The notes beneath the pieces are model-generated. The model saw nothing but the letters and a program-made list of their open reading frames with translations, had not been told where the DNA came from and did no database searches. Below are positions 43,332-51,778 of a stretch of 64,000 nucleotides of DNA, piece by piece (within the stretch, counting starts at the first letter, position 1; each line of letters starts with the position of its first letter). Position numbers and translations under genes: made by a program. Location of the stretch: the IMG/VR virus record IMGVR_UViG_3300050014_001197, positions 1 through 64,000 of that record; one strand, written 5' to 3'. The stretch is from a virus.

Positions 43332-43913
43332 ATGAATCCTTTTATTCAATATAAAGATATTTTAGAAAAATATTTGTCTCCTTTTACTATTTTTAAATTA
43401 GAAGAAGCCTGGAATGAGCCAAGGAGAAAGTATCATAGTGTAGATCATTTAATACAAATTCTAGAGGATCTTGAAAAGAAAAGAAATTTTGTTTTGCCTA
43501 TTCATAGAGAAGCTCTTATTATAGCTGCATTTTTCCATGATGCTATTTATATTCCGGGATTACAAGATAATGAAGATAAATCTTTAGAAGTTTTTCTTAG
43601 AAGTTTTAAGGGTCCTGATTTGTATATGGTGAAGAAAATAGGGGAGATGATTGAATGCACAAAATATAGAAAAAGGCCAGCAGATCTTCTTTTAAGAATA
43701 TTTTGGGATGCAGATAATGCTATGTTTTTTAAAGCAGATTTAAAAGCTCTAATAACAAATGAACATAAAATCAGACAAGAATTTAATTTTATTTCTAATG
43801 AAGAATATAAAAAGAAAAGAATAGTTTTTCTAAAAACTTGTTTAGGAAAAATGGGTCCTAAAGCGGATCGAGGAATTCAGGAACTTATGAAATATATTGA
43901 AAAACTTTATTAA
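43332..43913 (+). CDS. HD-domain phosphohydrolase-like protein
   Basis: YHSVDHLIQIL followed about 26 residues later by FFHDAIY (H ... HD spacing). Confidence 0.4.
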   Translation: MNPFIQYKDILEKYLSPFTIFKLEEAWNEPRRKYHSVDHLIQILEDLEKKRNFVLPIHREALIIAAFFHDAIYIPGLQDNEDKSLEVFLRSFKGPDLYMVKKIGEMIECTKYRKRPADLLLRIFWDADNAMFFKADLKALITNEHKIRQEFNFISNEEYKKKRIVFLKTCLGKMGPKADRGIQELMKYIEKLY

Positions 43914-43915
43914 TT

Positions 43916-43934
43916 TTAACGATTTTTAACGATT
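43916..43934 (+). promoter_or_regulatory. tandem TTAACGAT half-sites (candidate operator)
   Basis: ttaacgatttttaacgatt, 30 nt upstream of the -7 box at 43964. Confidence 0.35.
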
Positions 43935-43963
43935 AAAAATGTTCAGCATAAGAGAATAATTTG

Positions 43964-43971
43964 TATATTTG
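43964..43971 (+). promoter_or_regulatory. sigma-A type -7 box
   Basis: tttgtatatttgc upstream of 43994. Confidence 0.4.
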
Positions 43972-43993
43972 CATGAAATAAAAATTATAAAAA

Positions 43994-44428
43994 GTGAATA
44001 ACATAATGGAATTCAAGGGTTTTAAACTGAAATTAAAGGATTTTCATTTTAAGAATCACAAAGAGATGAACAAGTTTTTTGATAAAGCTCTTATCGAAAG
44101 TCCTTTTAAATTCATTAGATTGCAGGATCAATTATTTATTGAAAAAATGCATGTTGCTTTTTCATGGATGATGATCAGCAGAATTTTAGCTTTTGCTCTT
44201 TCTATTCCGGTTATTATTGGTGTGATTTATAATACTCCCCAATGGTTTGGTCTTTTGATGGTATTTATTTCTATCTTTTTCTTTTTGAGAAGTAAAAGTT
44301 TATCAAAAAAATTAAACGATATTGCATTTGTAAGAAATCTTTTTAAAGATATGAGTGATACTAGTATGGATTCTTTAGAAGAAGTTCGTCAGGAATTAAT
44401 TAATAAAGAAAAAATAACAATTGCTTAA
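43994..44428 (+). CDS. hypothetical membrane protein
   Basis: 144 aa, two TM helices. Confidence 0.4.
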   Translation: MNNIMEFKGFKLKLKDFHFKNHKEMNKFFDKALIESPFKFIRLQDQLFIEKMHVAFSWMMISRILAFALSIPVIIGVIYNTPQWFGLLMVFISIFFFLRSKSLSKKLNDIAFVRNLFKDMSDTSMDSLEEVRQELINKEKITIA

Positions 44429-44439
44429 TTTTAATAAAA

Positions 44440-44661
44440 ATGAAAGATATTATTAATGCTCTCAGACGGACAGTTAAGGAAGCTGAAGAAAATGGTCATA
44501 GAACTATTATATTTCCCGTTCCCGATGCCAAGAATTTAATCGAAGGTTTTGATGATATATTATTAAAGTTTATTGAATTTGAAAATAAGGTTTCAGGGGA
44601 ATCAGATAATGTTCCGAGGGAACTAATGGTTAAATTATTTCTTAAAGAATATTTAAAATAA
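44440..44661 (+). CDS. hypothetical protein
   Basis: 73-aa ORF. Confidence 0.35.
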   Translation: MKDIINALRRTVKEAEENGHRTIIFPVPDAKNLIEGFDDILLKFIEFENKVSGESDNVPRELMVKLFLKEYLK

Positions 44662-44829
44662 TTTTTACAAAACCTAAGCATTTTTACCGCATATAAGTAG
44701 ATATATAGAGAAACAATAATAAAATGAAAAGGCACTCAATACATACGATTAGTATTACCTCATCCTCGGATAAGGTTGGCCTTCTAGTGAAAAGATGAAA
44801 TACTGATATAATCAGAATTAGTTTAATCA

Positions 44830-44862
44830 AAAGGGAAGGCTTCATAAGTTTTCCCTTTTTTC
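44830..44862 (+). terminator. rho-independent terminator
   Basis: aagggaa-ggcttcataagtt-ttccctt + TTTTT. Confidence 0.55.
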
Positions 44863-44880
44863 TTTGACATATTGTAATTT

Positions 44881-44973
44881 GGATGGGTACCCAAGTCCGG
44901 TTATAAGGGGATGGTCCTGAAAACCATTAGGTCGGTTAATAGCCACGCGTGGGTTCGAATCCCACCTCATCCG
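44881..44973 (+). tRNA. tRNA-Ser (UGA), class II, with C33
   Basis: Acceptor ggatggg/ctcatcc, anticodon arm atggt-ccTGAaa-accat, about 20-nt variable arm, T-arm gtggg-ttcgaat-cccac, 93 nt. Confidence 0.55.
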
Positions 44974-45037
44974 CTACGTTCTTTGAGATAGTTCGATCTC
45001 TTTTGATTATTGTAATTTCTAAGATCGAACTTATGAA

Positions 45038-45052
45038 TATATATAATAAATA
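45038..45052 (+). promoter_or_regulatory. late-like promoter box (tatatataataaata)
   Basis: Immediately upstream of GIY-YIG ATG 45058. Confidence 0.3.
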
Positions 45053-45057
45053 TCCAT

Positions 45058-45834
45058 ATGATTAACTATTTTTACAAAATTACGAATTTAATAAATAACC
45101 ATTTTTATTATGGTGTTCATAAAACTAATAATTTGGAAGATGGTTATATGGGTTCGGGAAAACGATCTAATTATGCTATAAAAAAATACGGAAAGGAAAA
45201 TTTTAAAAAAGATATTATTCAGTTTTTTGATACTTATCAGGAAGCTTTAGATTTAGAATCGGAAATTGTAAATGAAGAATTAGTTAAAGATATTAATTGC
45301 TATAATTTGAGTTTACAAGGGAAAGGAACCTTGAGGCAAGGGCCAGCTTTAATTAATAAAGAAACTAGAGAATTAATAAAACCTAATAATATTGAAGAAT
45401 TTAATAAGTTATTTAACACAGGAAATTATTTTGGACATACAGTAAATCACAGTTCCTTTATAGACGAAAACGGAGAAAGATATTATTTAAATGTAAATGA
45501 TAATCAGATTAAAGAATTAAATTTACATGGATTAAATAAAGGAAGAATAAGTTGCAAAGATTTATCCGGAAAACTTTATTTTGTTGAACAAAATGATGAT
45601 AGATTTTTAAGAGGGGAATTGATAAAATTTGGAATGATGACGGATAAAAAACAATCAGAAGAATGCAAAAAGAAAATTGGTCAAAAAAATTCTATAGCGC
45701 AAAAAGGAAAATTAAATTCCCAATATGGAACAAGTTGGATAAATAAAGATGGTAAAAATAAAAAAATAATAAAAGAAGAATTAAAAAAATGGATTCAGGA
45801 AGGTTGGAATCCCGGATCTAAATTTAAAAAATAA
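45058..45834 (+). CDS. GIY-YIG homing endonuclease
   Basis: NYFYKITNLINNHFYYGVHK ... YMGSGKRSNYAIKKYGKENFKKDI. Sits between tRNA-Ser and the tRNA-like/tRNA-Thr genes. Confidence 0.8.
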   Translation: MINYFYKITNLINNHFYYGVHKTNNLEDGYMGSGKRSNYAIKKYGKENFKKDIIQFFDTYQEALDLESEIVNEELVKDINCYNLSLQGKGTLRQGPALINKETRELIKPNNIEEFNKLFNTGNYFGHTVNHSSFIDENGERYYLNVNDNQIKELNLHGLNKGRISCKDLSGKLYFVEQNDDRFLRGELIKFGMMTDKKQSEECKKKIGQKNSIAQKGKLNSQYGTSWINKDGKNKKIIKEELKKWIQEGWNPGSKFKK

Positions 45835-45836
45835 AT

Positions 45837-45922
45837 GGTGATTGTAACCGGTAATGGTGCCCGACCAGACTGTGGATCTGGAATCTGAAAAGACCATGTG
45901 GGTTCGAGCCCCACCTTTCACC
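45837..45922 (+). tRNA. irregular tRNA-like gene with anticodon arm GUG (His-like); possible pseudo-tRNA
   Basis: Perfect anticodon arm ccaga-cuGUGga-tctgg. Canonical T-arm gtggg-ttcgagc-cccac. Extra 5' G and C73 as in tRNA-His. The acceptor (gtgattg/ctttcac) has 2 U-U mismatches and there is a 16-nt unpaired variable region. Confidence 0.3.
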
Positions 45923-45929
45923 CTAAAAT

Positions 45930-46002
45930 GCCTCTATAGTATAGTTGGTAATTATAACTGATTCGTAATCAGTAGACTGGGATTCGAATTCCCGTAAAGG
46001 CT
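45930..46002 (+). tRNA. tRNA-Thr (CGU)
   Basis: Acceptor gcctcta/taaaggc (one C-A mismatch), G18 G19 and T54-T55-C56 in register, anticodon arm actga-uuCGUaa-tcagt, T-arm tggga-ttcgaat-tcccg. Confidence 0.55.
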
Positions 46003-46019
46003 CAACTTAAATAAAGAAT

Positions 46020-46253
46020 ATGGCAAGAACAACAGTAATAAATGAAAGAACAGGAGAGATATTTCCTAAAAAATCCATAAGAGGAAGAAAAGATAAAAAA
46101 TTCTTTGGATGGAGAGAAGGAGATGGTTCAAATCCAAATGCAGTGAAAAATGAAGACTTCATGAATTATGGATGGCCAAACGAAGGAAGATCGAAATCAG
46201 TCATTCTTCAAAAAATGAGAGATGATGAAGATAATGCACTTATAGTTCAGTAG
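46020..46253 (+). CDS. hypothetical protein
   Basis: 77-aa ORF. TAG stop. Its last 19 nt overlap the 5' end of tRNA-Thr(GGU). Confidence 0.3.
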   Translation: MARTTVINERTGEIFPKKSIRGRKDKKFFGWREGDGSNPNAVKNEDFMNYGWPNEGRSKSVILQKMRDDEDNALIVQ

Positions 46254-46307
46254 GTAAAATACCGGTGTGGTATACCGGAGTTCTCAGTTCGATGCTGAGT
46301 AGGTGCT
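46235..46307 (+). tRNA. tRNA-Thr (GGU)
   Basis: Acceptor gcactta/taggtgc, anticodon arm ccggt-guGGUau-accgg, T-arm ctcag-ttcgatg-ctgag. Confidence 0.55.
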
Positions 46308-46313
46308 CAAAAT

Positions 46314-46398
46314 GGAGGGTTGACTGAGAGGTAAAGTACTAGTTTGGAAAACTAGAGTCAGGATAAAACTTGGGTGGGATCGTTACCCGCATCCTCCG
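46314..46398 (+). tRNA. tRNA-Ser (GGA), class II, non-canonical T-loop
   Basis: Acceptor ggagggt/atcctcc, D-stem act/agt, anticodon arm ctagt-uuGGAaa-actag, variable hairpin cagg-ataaaa-cttg, T-arm gtggg-atcgtta-cccgc. Confidence 0.5.
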
Positions 46399-46403
46399 CA
46401 AAT

Positions 46404-46475
46404 ATTGGTGTGGCGCAATGGTAGCGCAGAAGTCTTATATACTTACGGTTGGGGGTTCGAGCCCCTTCACCAGTA
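46404..46475 (+). tRNA. tRNA-Ile (UAU)
   Basis: Acceptor attggtg/caccagt, D-arm gcgc-aatggta-gcgc, anticodon arm gaagt-cuUAUau-actta, T-arm ggggg-ttcgagc-ccctt. Confidence 0.5.
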
Positions 46476-46481
46476 CAATTT

Positions 46482-46555
46482 GGGCGTATCATATAGTTTG
46501 GTTAGTATACGTGTCTGATAAACACGACACGGAAGTTCGAGGCTTCCTATGCCCA
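46482..46555 (+). tRNA. tRNA-Ile (GAU)
   Basis: Acceptor gggcgta/tatgccc, anticodon arm cgtgt-cuGAUaa-acacg, T-arm ggaag-ttcgagg-cttcc. Confidence 0.6.
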
Positions 46556-46585
46556 CCGCTATATATTTTGGGATTTAAGTCTCGA

Positions 46586-46596
46586 ATATATAAATT
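46586..46596 (+). promoter_or_regulatory. late-like promoter box (atatataaatt)
   Basis: Abuts the GIY-YIG ATG at 46597. Confidence 0.3.
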
Positions 46597-47247
46597 ATGA
46601 AAAGAGCATTATGTAAATCTTATTTTTATAAGATTGAAAATTTAATTAATGGAAATTTTTATTACGGAGTTCATAAAACTGATAATCCTAATGATAATTA
46701 TATGGGGTCAGGAAAAAGAATAAAATATGCTATAATAAAATACGGAAAAGAAAATTTTAAGAAAGAAATATTATTTACTTTTGAAACATTTAAAAAAGCT
46801 TTAGACTTTGAATCGGAATTTATTAATGAACAACTTTTATTAGATCCAAGTTGCTATAATATTGCGCTGGGTGGAAAAGGGGGACTTATAAATTTGGAAC
46901 ATAATTATAAATTTCGATTAGCAGGATCAAAACTTGGTGGGATTGCTACAATGAAAATTTTACATGAAAGACAAATAAATAATCCCGAATATCGAGAAAA
47001 ATGGTTACATGCATTAATAAATTGCAATAATTTGAGATTTTCAGGAAAAAAACATAAAGAAGAAGTAAAAATACAAGTTGGTAAAGTTAATGCTATTAAA
47101 CAAAAAGGTGAAGGAAATTCCCAATATGGAACTATCTGGATTCATAATGAAAAACAAATAATAAAAATAAAAAAAGAATTAATTATTGAATATGAAAATC
47201 AAGGATGGGTAAGAGGAAGAAAATTTGGAGAGAGGACAGGAAGGTAA
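46597..47247 (+). CDS. GIY-YIG homing endonuclease
   Basis: SYFYKIENLINGNFYYGVHK ... YMGSGKRIKYAIIKYGKENFKKEIL. Its 3' end overlaps tRNA-Ser(GCU). Confidence 0.8.
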   Translation: MKRALCKSYFYKIENLINGNFYYGVHKTDNPNDNYMGSGKRIKYAIIKYGKENFKKEILFTFETFKKALDFESEFINEQLLLDPSCYNIALGGKGGLINLEHNYKFRLAGSKLGGIATMKILHERQINNPEYREKWLHALINCNNLRFSGKKHKEEVKIQVGKVNAIKQKGEGNSQYGTIWIHNEKQIIKIKKELIIEYENQGWVRGRKFGERTGR

Positions 47248-47311
47248 TGTGCAGGTTTGCTAAACCTAGGCTAGGATAAAACCTAAGTGGGGTCGGTACC
47301 CACTCTCTCCG
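47227..47311 (+). tRNA. tRNA-Ser (GCU), class II, non-canonical T-loop
   Basis: Acceptor ggagaga/tctctcc (the 5' strand lies inside the GIY-YIG CDS), D-stem aca/tgt, anticodon arm caggt-uuGCUaa-accta, variable hairpin tagg-ataaaa-ccta, T-arm gtggg-gtcggta-cccac. Confidence 0.5.
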
Positions 47312-47319
47312 CTCAGGAA

Positions 47320-47357
47320 AAAAGATCCAAATATATTTTTTTATATGGATCTTTTTT
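47320..47357 (+). terminator. rho-independent terminator after the tRNA cluster
   Basis: aagatcca-(AT-rich loop)-tggatctt + TTTTTT. Confidence 0.65.
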
Positions 47358-47359
47358 CG

Positions 47360-47367
47360 TATATTAG
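47360..47367 (+). promoter_or_regulatory. -7 box variant (tatattag)
   Basis: cgtatattagc upstream of 47389. Confidence 0.3.
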
Positions 47368-47388
47368 CGATAGATTAATATCTATACT

Positions 47389-48174
47389 ATGAACTTTGAA
47401 AGAGGTAAGGATCCAAAAGAGACTATGAGAATAGGAGAATCTATTTTTGATAAACTCAAAAAACATCCTGTTTGCAGTCCTATGAACGATCCTGAAAAAG
47501 ATGTCGAGGATCCAAGAAATTTTGATAGGGTTTGGATAAATCCCAATGATCAATTTAGTTTTAATGCTGCTTGGTGTACTGAACAAGATCTTCGTGATTG
47601 GATGGAGGGTAAAGGAATTATGGTTAAAGGAAATACTCCGGAAGAAAAGAAAAAATATTGGGATTATGCCGTTTTTGAAAAAGAGGGGGGATTTGGTAGT
47701 TCGAGATGGCTCATAAAATATACTTGGAAATGGTTTGATAAATTTGTTACGGATTTTGATCCATATTCTCATATTCCAGGGGACAACGGACATATTAGAA
47801 AACCCCTCAAAATAAAAAGTATCAAAATAAAAGATCCTGTTGAAAAACAAAAAAGGGAAGAAGAAGCTATTATTTCAATGTATGCCCCATTTATTAATGA
47901 GATTGTTAAAGATATGGAATATAGAGAATGGGATGCTATCCGTAATGAATGTGAAAAGGATTTTTATGGAATTAAAAGAACTCTTTATTGTTTTGGAATT
48001 GGTTATATGGGAGCTTGCAATACTCCAGAAGAAATTTGTAATTTAAGCTGGGTTCAGGATATAGTTTTCGGTAAGGCCCAATATCTCTATTTTAAAAAAA
48101 TTGGAATGGAATTGCCTGATTTTGAATGGCTCATTAATAAAACCGAAACGAATAATAAAAAATACAGTTTATGA
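47389..48174 (+). CDS. NFERG-motif family protein
   Basis: MNFERGKDPKETMRIG. Family member outside the main array. Confidence 0.5.
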   Translation: MNFERGKDPKETMRIGESIFDKLKKHPVCSPMNDPEKDVEDPRNFDRVWINPNDQFSFNAAWCTEQDLRDWMEGKGIMVKGNTPEEKKKYWDYAVFEKEGGFGSSRWLIKYTWKWFDKFVTDFDPYSHIPGDNGHIRKPLKIKSIKIKDPVEKQKREEEAIISMYAPFINEIVKDMEYREWDAIRNECEKDFYGIKRTLYCFGIGYMGACNTPEEICNLSWVQDIVFGKAQYLYFKKIGMELPDFEWLINKTETNNKKYSL

Positions 48175-48356
48175 TAAAAGAAACTAAAATAGGAGATGCA
48201 GTAGTTGTTGAGCAAACAACTTATTATTACTATAAATCGGAAGAAGATCGCAAAAAAGATATATTTGTTCTTTCTACTTCCGATAGAAAAAAGTTTAATG
48301 ATATTAAGAAACAATTACGAAAATTTGCAAAAGCAAAAATTAAATATTCGAAATAA
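48171..48356 (+). CDS. hypothetical protein
   Basis: 61-aa ORF. Confidence 0.3.
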   Translation: MIKETKIGDAVVVEQTTYYYYKSEEDRKKDIFVLSTSDRKKFNDIKKQLRKFAKAKIKYSK

Positions 48357-48380
48357 TTTTTTTATCTGAAACCTTTTTTG

Positions 48381-48388
48381 TATATTTG
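48381..48388 (+). promoter_or_regulatory. sigma-A type -7 box
   Basis: ttttgtatatttg. Confidence 0.4.
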
Positions 48389-48688
48389 TTTCCTAAAAAG
48401 ATAACAATGGAAGAAATGGACCCTCGAGACATTAAAGATAAAGATGGTAACATCATTATAAATTGTACTGGTTATACCGCTTATCTTAAAGAAAACGGGA
48501 AAATCGGTCTTAAAGGAATGAAAAGAGGAGATCCGATTCAAGTTAGTACTGAAATGGGAAGTTCGAGAGTTATTGTAGATTATATTGAAAACAATCATAT
48601 TTTCTGCGATGAAGATGGTGTTGAAATGTGTGTGGCTTTACAACAGGATACTGGAAGACTTATATTCGTTGATAGAACTGAAAAATAA
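48386..48688 (+). CDS. hypothetical protein
   Basis: 100-aa track ORF. The true start is probably the internal MEEMDPRD, downstream of the promoter. Confidence 0.35.
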   Translation: MFPKKITMEEMDPRDIKDKDGNIIINCTGYTAYLKENGKIGLKGMKRGDPIQVSTEMGSSRVIVDYIENNHIFCDEDGVEMCVALQQDTGRLIFVDRTEK

Positions 48689-48692
48689 AACT

Positions 48693-48914
48693 ATGAAAAA
48701 AGAAAATCATAAAAATCCGAAGATATTTTCTTTTAAACATAGAGAATGTGATATTTTAAAATATGCAAGAAAATGGCTTTCTGGCAATATACTCATATAC
48801 GATATAGAGGGAACACTTGATGGGGAATATAATAAAAAAATGCAAAATAGTTTATTACAAGTAAATAATTCAGATGAATTTTGGGAATGGCTGAATATAA
48901 ATTTTGAATTTTAA
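48693..48914 (+). CDS. hypothetical protein
   Basis: Track ORF 48585 trimmed to MKKENHKN. Confidence 0.35.
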   Translation: MKKENHKNPKIFSFKHRECDILKYARKWLSGNILIYDIEGTLDGEYNKKMQNSLLQVNNSDEFWEWLNINFEF

Positions 48915-49163
48915 ATGCCAAATCTATATGCAAATAAAATGGGCCAATGCATTAATCGTGCAACCGGTAAGCTTAAGAAAACATTTGATATATTTGAAGA
49001 CGCAGTTGAATGGGCAAAACAAATGAACACCAATCCTAAATTTATACATAAGCAAGTGGCATATAAATGCTCTCAGTGCCTCAAATTTCATACGGGGAGA
49101 AGTCCTCATAACACATTACTAGAACACAAAGAAAACATTTATGAGAACAATAGAACAAATTGA
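48915..49163 (+). CDS. hypothetical zinc-ribbon protein
   Basis: 82-aa ORF. Confidence 0.35.
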   Translation: MPNLYANKMGQCINRATGKLKKTFDIFEDAVEWAKQMNTNPKFIHKQVAYKCSQCLKFHTGRSPHNTLLEHKENIYENNRTN

Positions 49164-49386
49164 TATTACTCAACCGATTGATAAGGAAGAATTTTGTATG
49201 CTTTTTGAAACACAGCTTCCTTTGAATGATGTAGAAAAAGCAAAACTCAGAAATGAATATTTTTCTATGTATGCTCTTTTTGTAACAAATGAAATTACTC
49301 CAGCTGCTTCTTTCGAAGCTACGAAGAATGTATTTCTTAGTCAGGAAACTCAAATTAAAGAAAGAAATGGACATAAAATCTCTTGA
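49141..49386 (+). CDS. hypothetical protein
   Basis: 81-aa ORF. Confidence 0.35.
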   Translation: MRTIEQIDITQPIDKEEFCMLFETQLPLNDVEKAKLRNEYFSMYALFVTNEITPAASFEATKNVFLSQETQIKERNGHKIS

Positions 49387-49558
49387 AAAACTATCAACAA
49401 AAAGATTGTTAGCTTTTTATAAAGCAGAAAGAAAAAGGCAGCAAATGCCATCTTATGAAGATGAAAATTATTTTCATATGGATTTAAAAGATATTAAAAA
49501 ACTTCTCGATGATCGAGAACATATAGAAAAGAAAGATGTATCCAAAAGAGTTTCTTGA
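49367..49558 (+). CDS. hypothetical protein
   Basis: Track ORF 49289 trimmed to MDIKSLEKL. Confidence 0.3.
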   Translation: MDIKSLEKLSTKRLLAFYKAERKRQQMPSYEDENYFHMDLKDIKKLLDDREHIEKKDVSKRVS

Positions 49559-49718
49559 ATGGATAAGATTAAATTGTAGAACCTCTGTACAGATAAAAGG
49601 GGTTTTGATAGATATATTTTGGTATAAAATAGAGGATGAGCACCCATGGGATGGTGAACCAACTCATATTTATACTACCGATGAACTTTTTGAATATTGG
49701 AAAAATAAAAAGATATGA
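49536..49718 (+). CDS. hypothetical protein
   Basis: 60-aa ORF. Confidence 0.3.
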   Translation: MYPKEFLEWIRLNCRTSVQIKGVLIDIFWYKIEDEHPWDGEPTHIYTTDELFEYWKNKKI

Positions 49719-50077
49719 AAGAATTTGAAAATACTGGGAAAATGGCTCATTGCGATGCTTTAGGGGATCCAATTAAAATTAATAAAGTATACGGATGGTC
49801 CAAAAACGATAATGGGTTTACTCAGGTAACAATAGGGATAACTGAAAAACTTACGGAGAAAGGGGTTACCCTTAAAATTATAAGTTCTAAGAAAGGACTT
49901 TATGATTATGATCCCGAACCTTTGACAATCGGAGGAGCTGGATTTGATTCTGTAAAAGAAAAGATTAATGTTAAAGGAATAATACTATTTCCGATATTTA
50001 AACTTCCAGCCAAACGTGATACTTTTGAAAGAGGTATTGATAATGGATTCGATCATTTAAATGATATATTAGATTAA
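49715..50077 (+). CDS. hypothetical protein
   Basis: 120-aa ORF. C-terminus carries a partial family-like motif (TFERGIDNG). Confidence 0.4.
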   Translation: MKEFENTGKMAHCDALGDPIKINKVYGWSKNDNGFTQVTIGITEKLTEKGVTLKIISSKKGLYDYDPEPLTIGGAGFDSVKEKINVKGIILFPIFKLPAKRDTFERGIDNGFDHLNDILD

Positions 50078-50140
50078 TTCGTATAAAAACAAATATATTT
50101 GTATAGAACTAAATATAATTCTTATTAAAGATATAGAAAT

Positions 50141-50389
50141 ATGTTACACTCCGGAAAATATGTCGTTCTTGAACATCTTACTCTTCCGGATAGGGGATTA
50201 AGATTTTGGTCAACAAATACTGAAGATAATACTCATGGACATAATGGGGAACTTTGGTATAAAGAAATTCTTTTTACAGATAGCGAGGAGGAAGCTATTG
50301 CTGAATCTCAAAAAATCGAAGAACTTCCTTCAATGAATGAATTAGAAAAATATTATAATAATCCACCATATGAAAGCAAAAAAAAATAA
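50141..50389 (+). CDS. hypothetical protein
   Basis: 82-aa ORF. Confidence 0.35.
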   Translation: MLHSGKYVVLEHLTLPDRGLRFWSTNTEDNTHGHNGELWYKEILFTDSEEEAIAESQKIEELPSMNELEKYYNNPPYESKKK

Positions 50390-50603
50390 AGTAGTTATTA
50401 AGGGATTTGTTCCTGTAGGAATTATCTTAGGTGCAGATTTTTATTATTCAAAAACCCAGAATGAATTTGTGGGTTCTCCTGGTAAACTTTTCCTTGGAGA
50501 TCTCTATAAAAGGAAAGAAATTGATCCAAAAAAACTTATGAAAGCTTTTCCGAAAGCTACCTTTAAAGGAATTGCCAAAATAAAACTTACTATTAGGTTA
50601 TGA
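50370..50603 (+). CDS. hypothetical protein
   Basis: 77-aa ORF. Confidence 0.35.
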   Translation: MKAKKNKVVIKGFVPVGIILGADFYYSKTQNEFVGSPGKLFLGDLYKRKEIDPKKLMKAFPKATFKGIAKIKLTIRL

Positions 50604-51106
50604 AAACAGGTAAAGGGAAGAAAGAGGCAATAACTTCATTTAGGGATATGGTCTTAGAAGAATCTAAAAAAGGTAATGTTGTGCTTTTATCAGAAGAAGG
50701 TCCTATGATTGCTTCTTTGAAAGAAATTATTGAACAACCAACAGACGGGATTCTTTATGATCTTAATAGAAATGAAGCAGCTATTCTTACTTTTATTGAA
50801 GATCCCAAATGGGTTAATGATTATGCTGTTGCTCAAGTTATTCGTGAATTGAAAAGTAGATTAGAATCACAATTTAATCCCGGAAAGAACAACTTAAAGA
50901 GTATTGAAGTATGTGAGCAAGGTGAAATAATTGTGATGGCTATTAAAGGAAAAAATATTATCGATGTCGGAATGGAATGTGTTAAACTTGCTAATTACTT
51001 AAAACTTTCGGTAAGACTATATTTCAATGAATCTGTTATACAAATATTTCGAAATACTAAGATTGAAGAAATAATTCAAAAATCTTTGGAAAAGAATAAT
51101 CCATGA
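50600..51106 (+). CDS. hypothetical protein
   Basis: 168-aa ORF. Confidence 0.4.
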   Translation: MKTGKGKKEAITSFRDMVLEESKKGNVVLLSEEGPMIASLKEIIEQPTDGILYDLNRNEAAILTFIEDPKWVNDYAVAQVIRELKSRLESQFNPGKNNLKSIEVCEQGEIIVMAIKGKNIIDVGMECVKLANYLKLSVRLYFNESVIQIFRNTKIEEIIQKSLEKNNP

Positions 51107-51272
51107 AATATTTATATTTTATTTTAGGCTGGGTGGGGTTAGTTTTAATATGTCTAGCGGAATATAATAATCCTCTTACAGCAAAAACCATGTTTTATTA
51201 TTTATTATCTTTTCAGGCCATTATTTATGGAATGATATTGGAGATTAAAGATGTAATACGGAAAGGAAAATA

Positions 51273-51473
51273 ATGGATAGTCGAATATGTACATATGTTG
51301 ATACTATTGAATTGGATAGGGAAATTCAAAAAATAATTCATGCAGTTGATGAACGGGGTTATTTCAAATATAAAATTACCTCTATTGTTCGAACTTCCAA
51401 TATTTGTCCGAAGAATCTTTCTGATAAGGAATGTGCAGATTATATCATACTTTATACCTCTATTAAAAAATGA
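51273..51473 (+). CDS. hypothetical protein
   Basis: 66-aa ORF. Confidence 0.3.
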   Translation: MDSRICTYVDTIELDREIQKIIHAVDERGYFKYKITSIVRTSNICPKNLSDKECADYIILYTSIKK

Positions 51474-51778
51474 ATGAAAAAGAAGAAATTTTTGGATTAG
51501 ATAATCTTTTAAAGAATATGGATCCTATTCTAGAAGAAAATGTAAAAGCTAGTATGATCATTGCAGCAGAAATTGATAATGAAATGAAAGCTCGGGGATG
51601 GGATTTGGATGAATTCCATAGGCAATGTAATGCTGTAATACCAAATGCCAAATCTAATTATGGTCTAAAAAAAATAGAAAATTGGCTAAAAGGAACTCAT
51701 GATTTTAAAATTAGTGAATTAATAATAATCAGAAAAGTATTAGGCGAAGATTGGTTAAACAAAATTGAAAAAATATGA
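51470..51778 (+). CDS. hypothetical protein
   Basis: 102-aa ORF. Confidence 0.4.
   Translation: MNEKEEIFGLDNLLKNMDPILEENVKASMIIAAEIDNEMKARGWDLDEFHRQCNAVIPNAKSNYGLKKIENWLKGTHDFKISELIIIRKVLGEDWLNKIEKI

Noticed and set aside
44755-44775. acctcatcc match to the 3' acceptor strand of tRNA-Ser(UGA), about 200 nt upstream of that tRNA
   Set aside because: Only 9-10 nt are identical. A match of this length is expected by chance in a 64-kb AT-rich window.
44867-44895. TTGACA hexamer upstream of tRNA-Ser(UGA) as a sigma-70 -35 element
   Set aside because: No TATAAT-like -10 at the right spacing. The other promoters in this window follow the Bacteroidetes TAnnTTTG or T4 late-like patterns instead.
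46370-46600. 76-aa plus-strand ORF from the track
   Set aside because: Lies entirely across tRNA-Ser(GGA), tRNA-Ile(UAU) and tRNA-Ile(GAU). The tRNA structures explain the sequence and the ORF is spurious.
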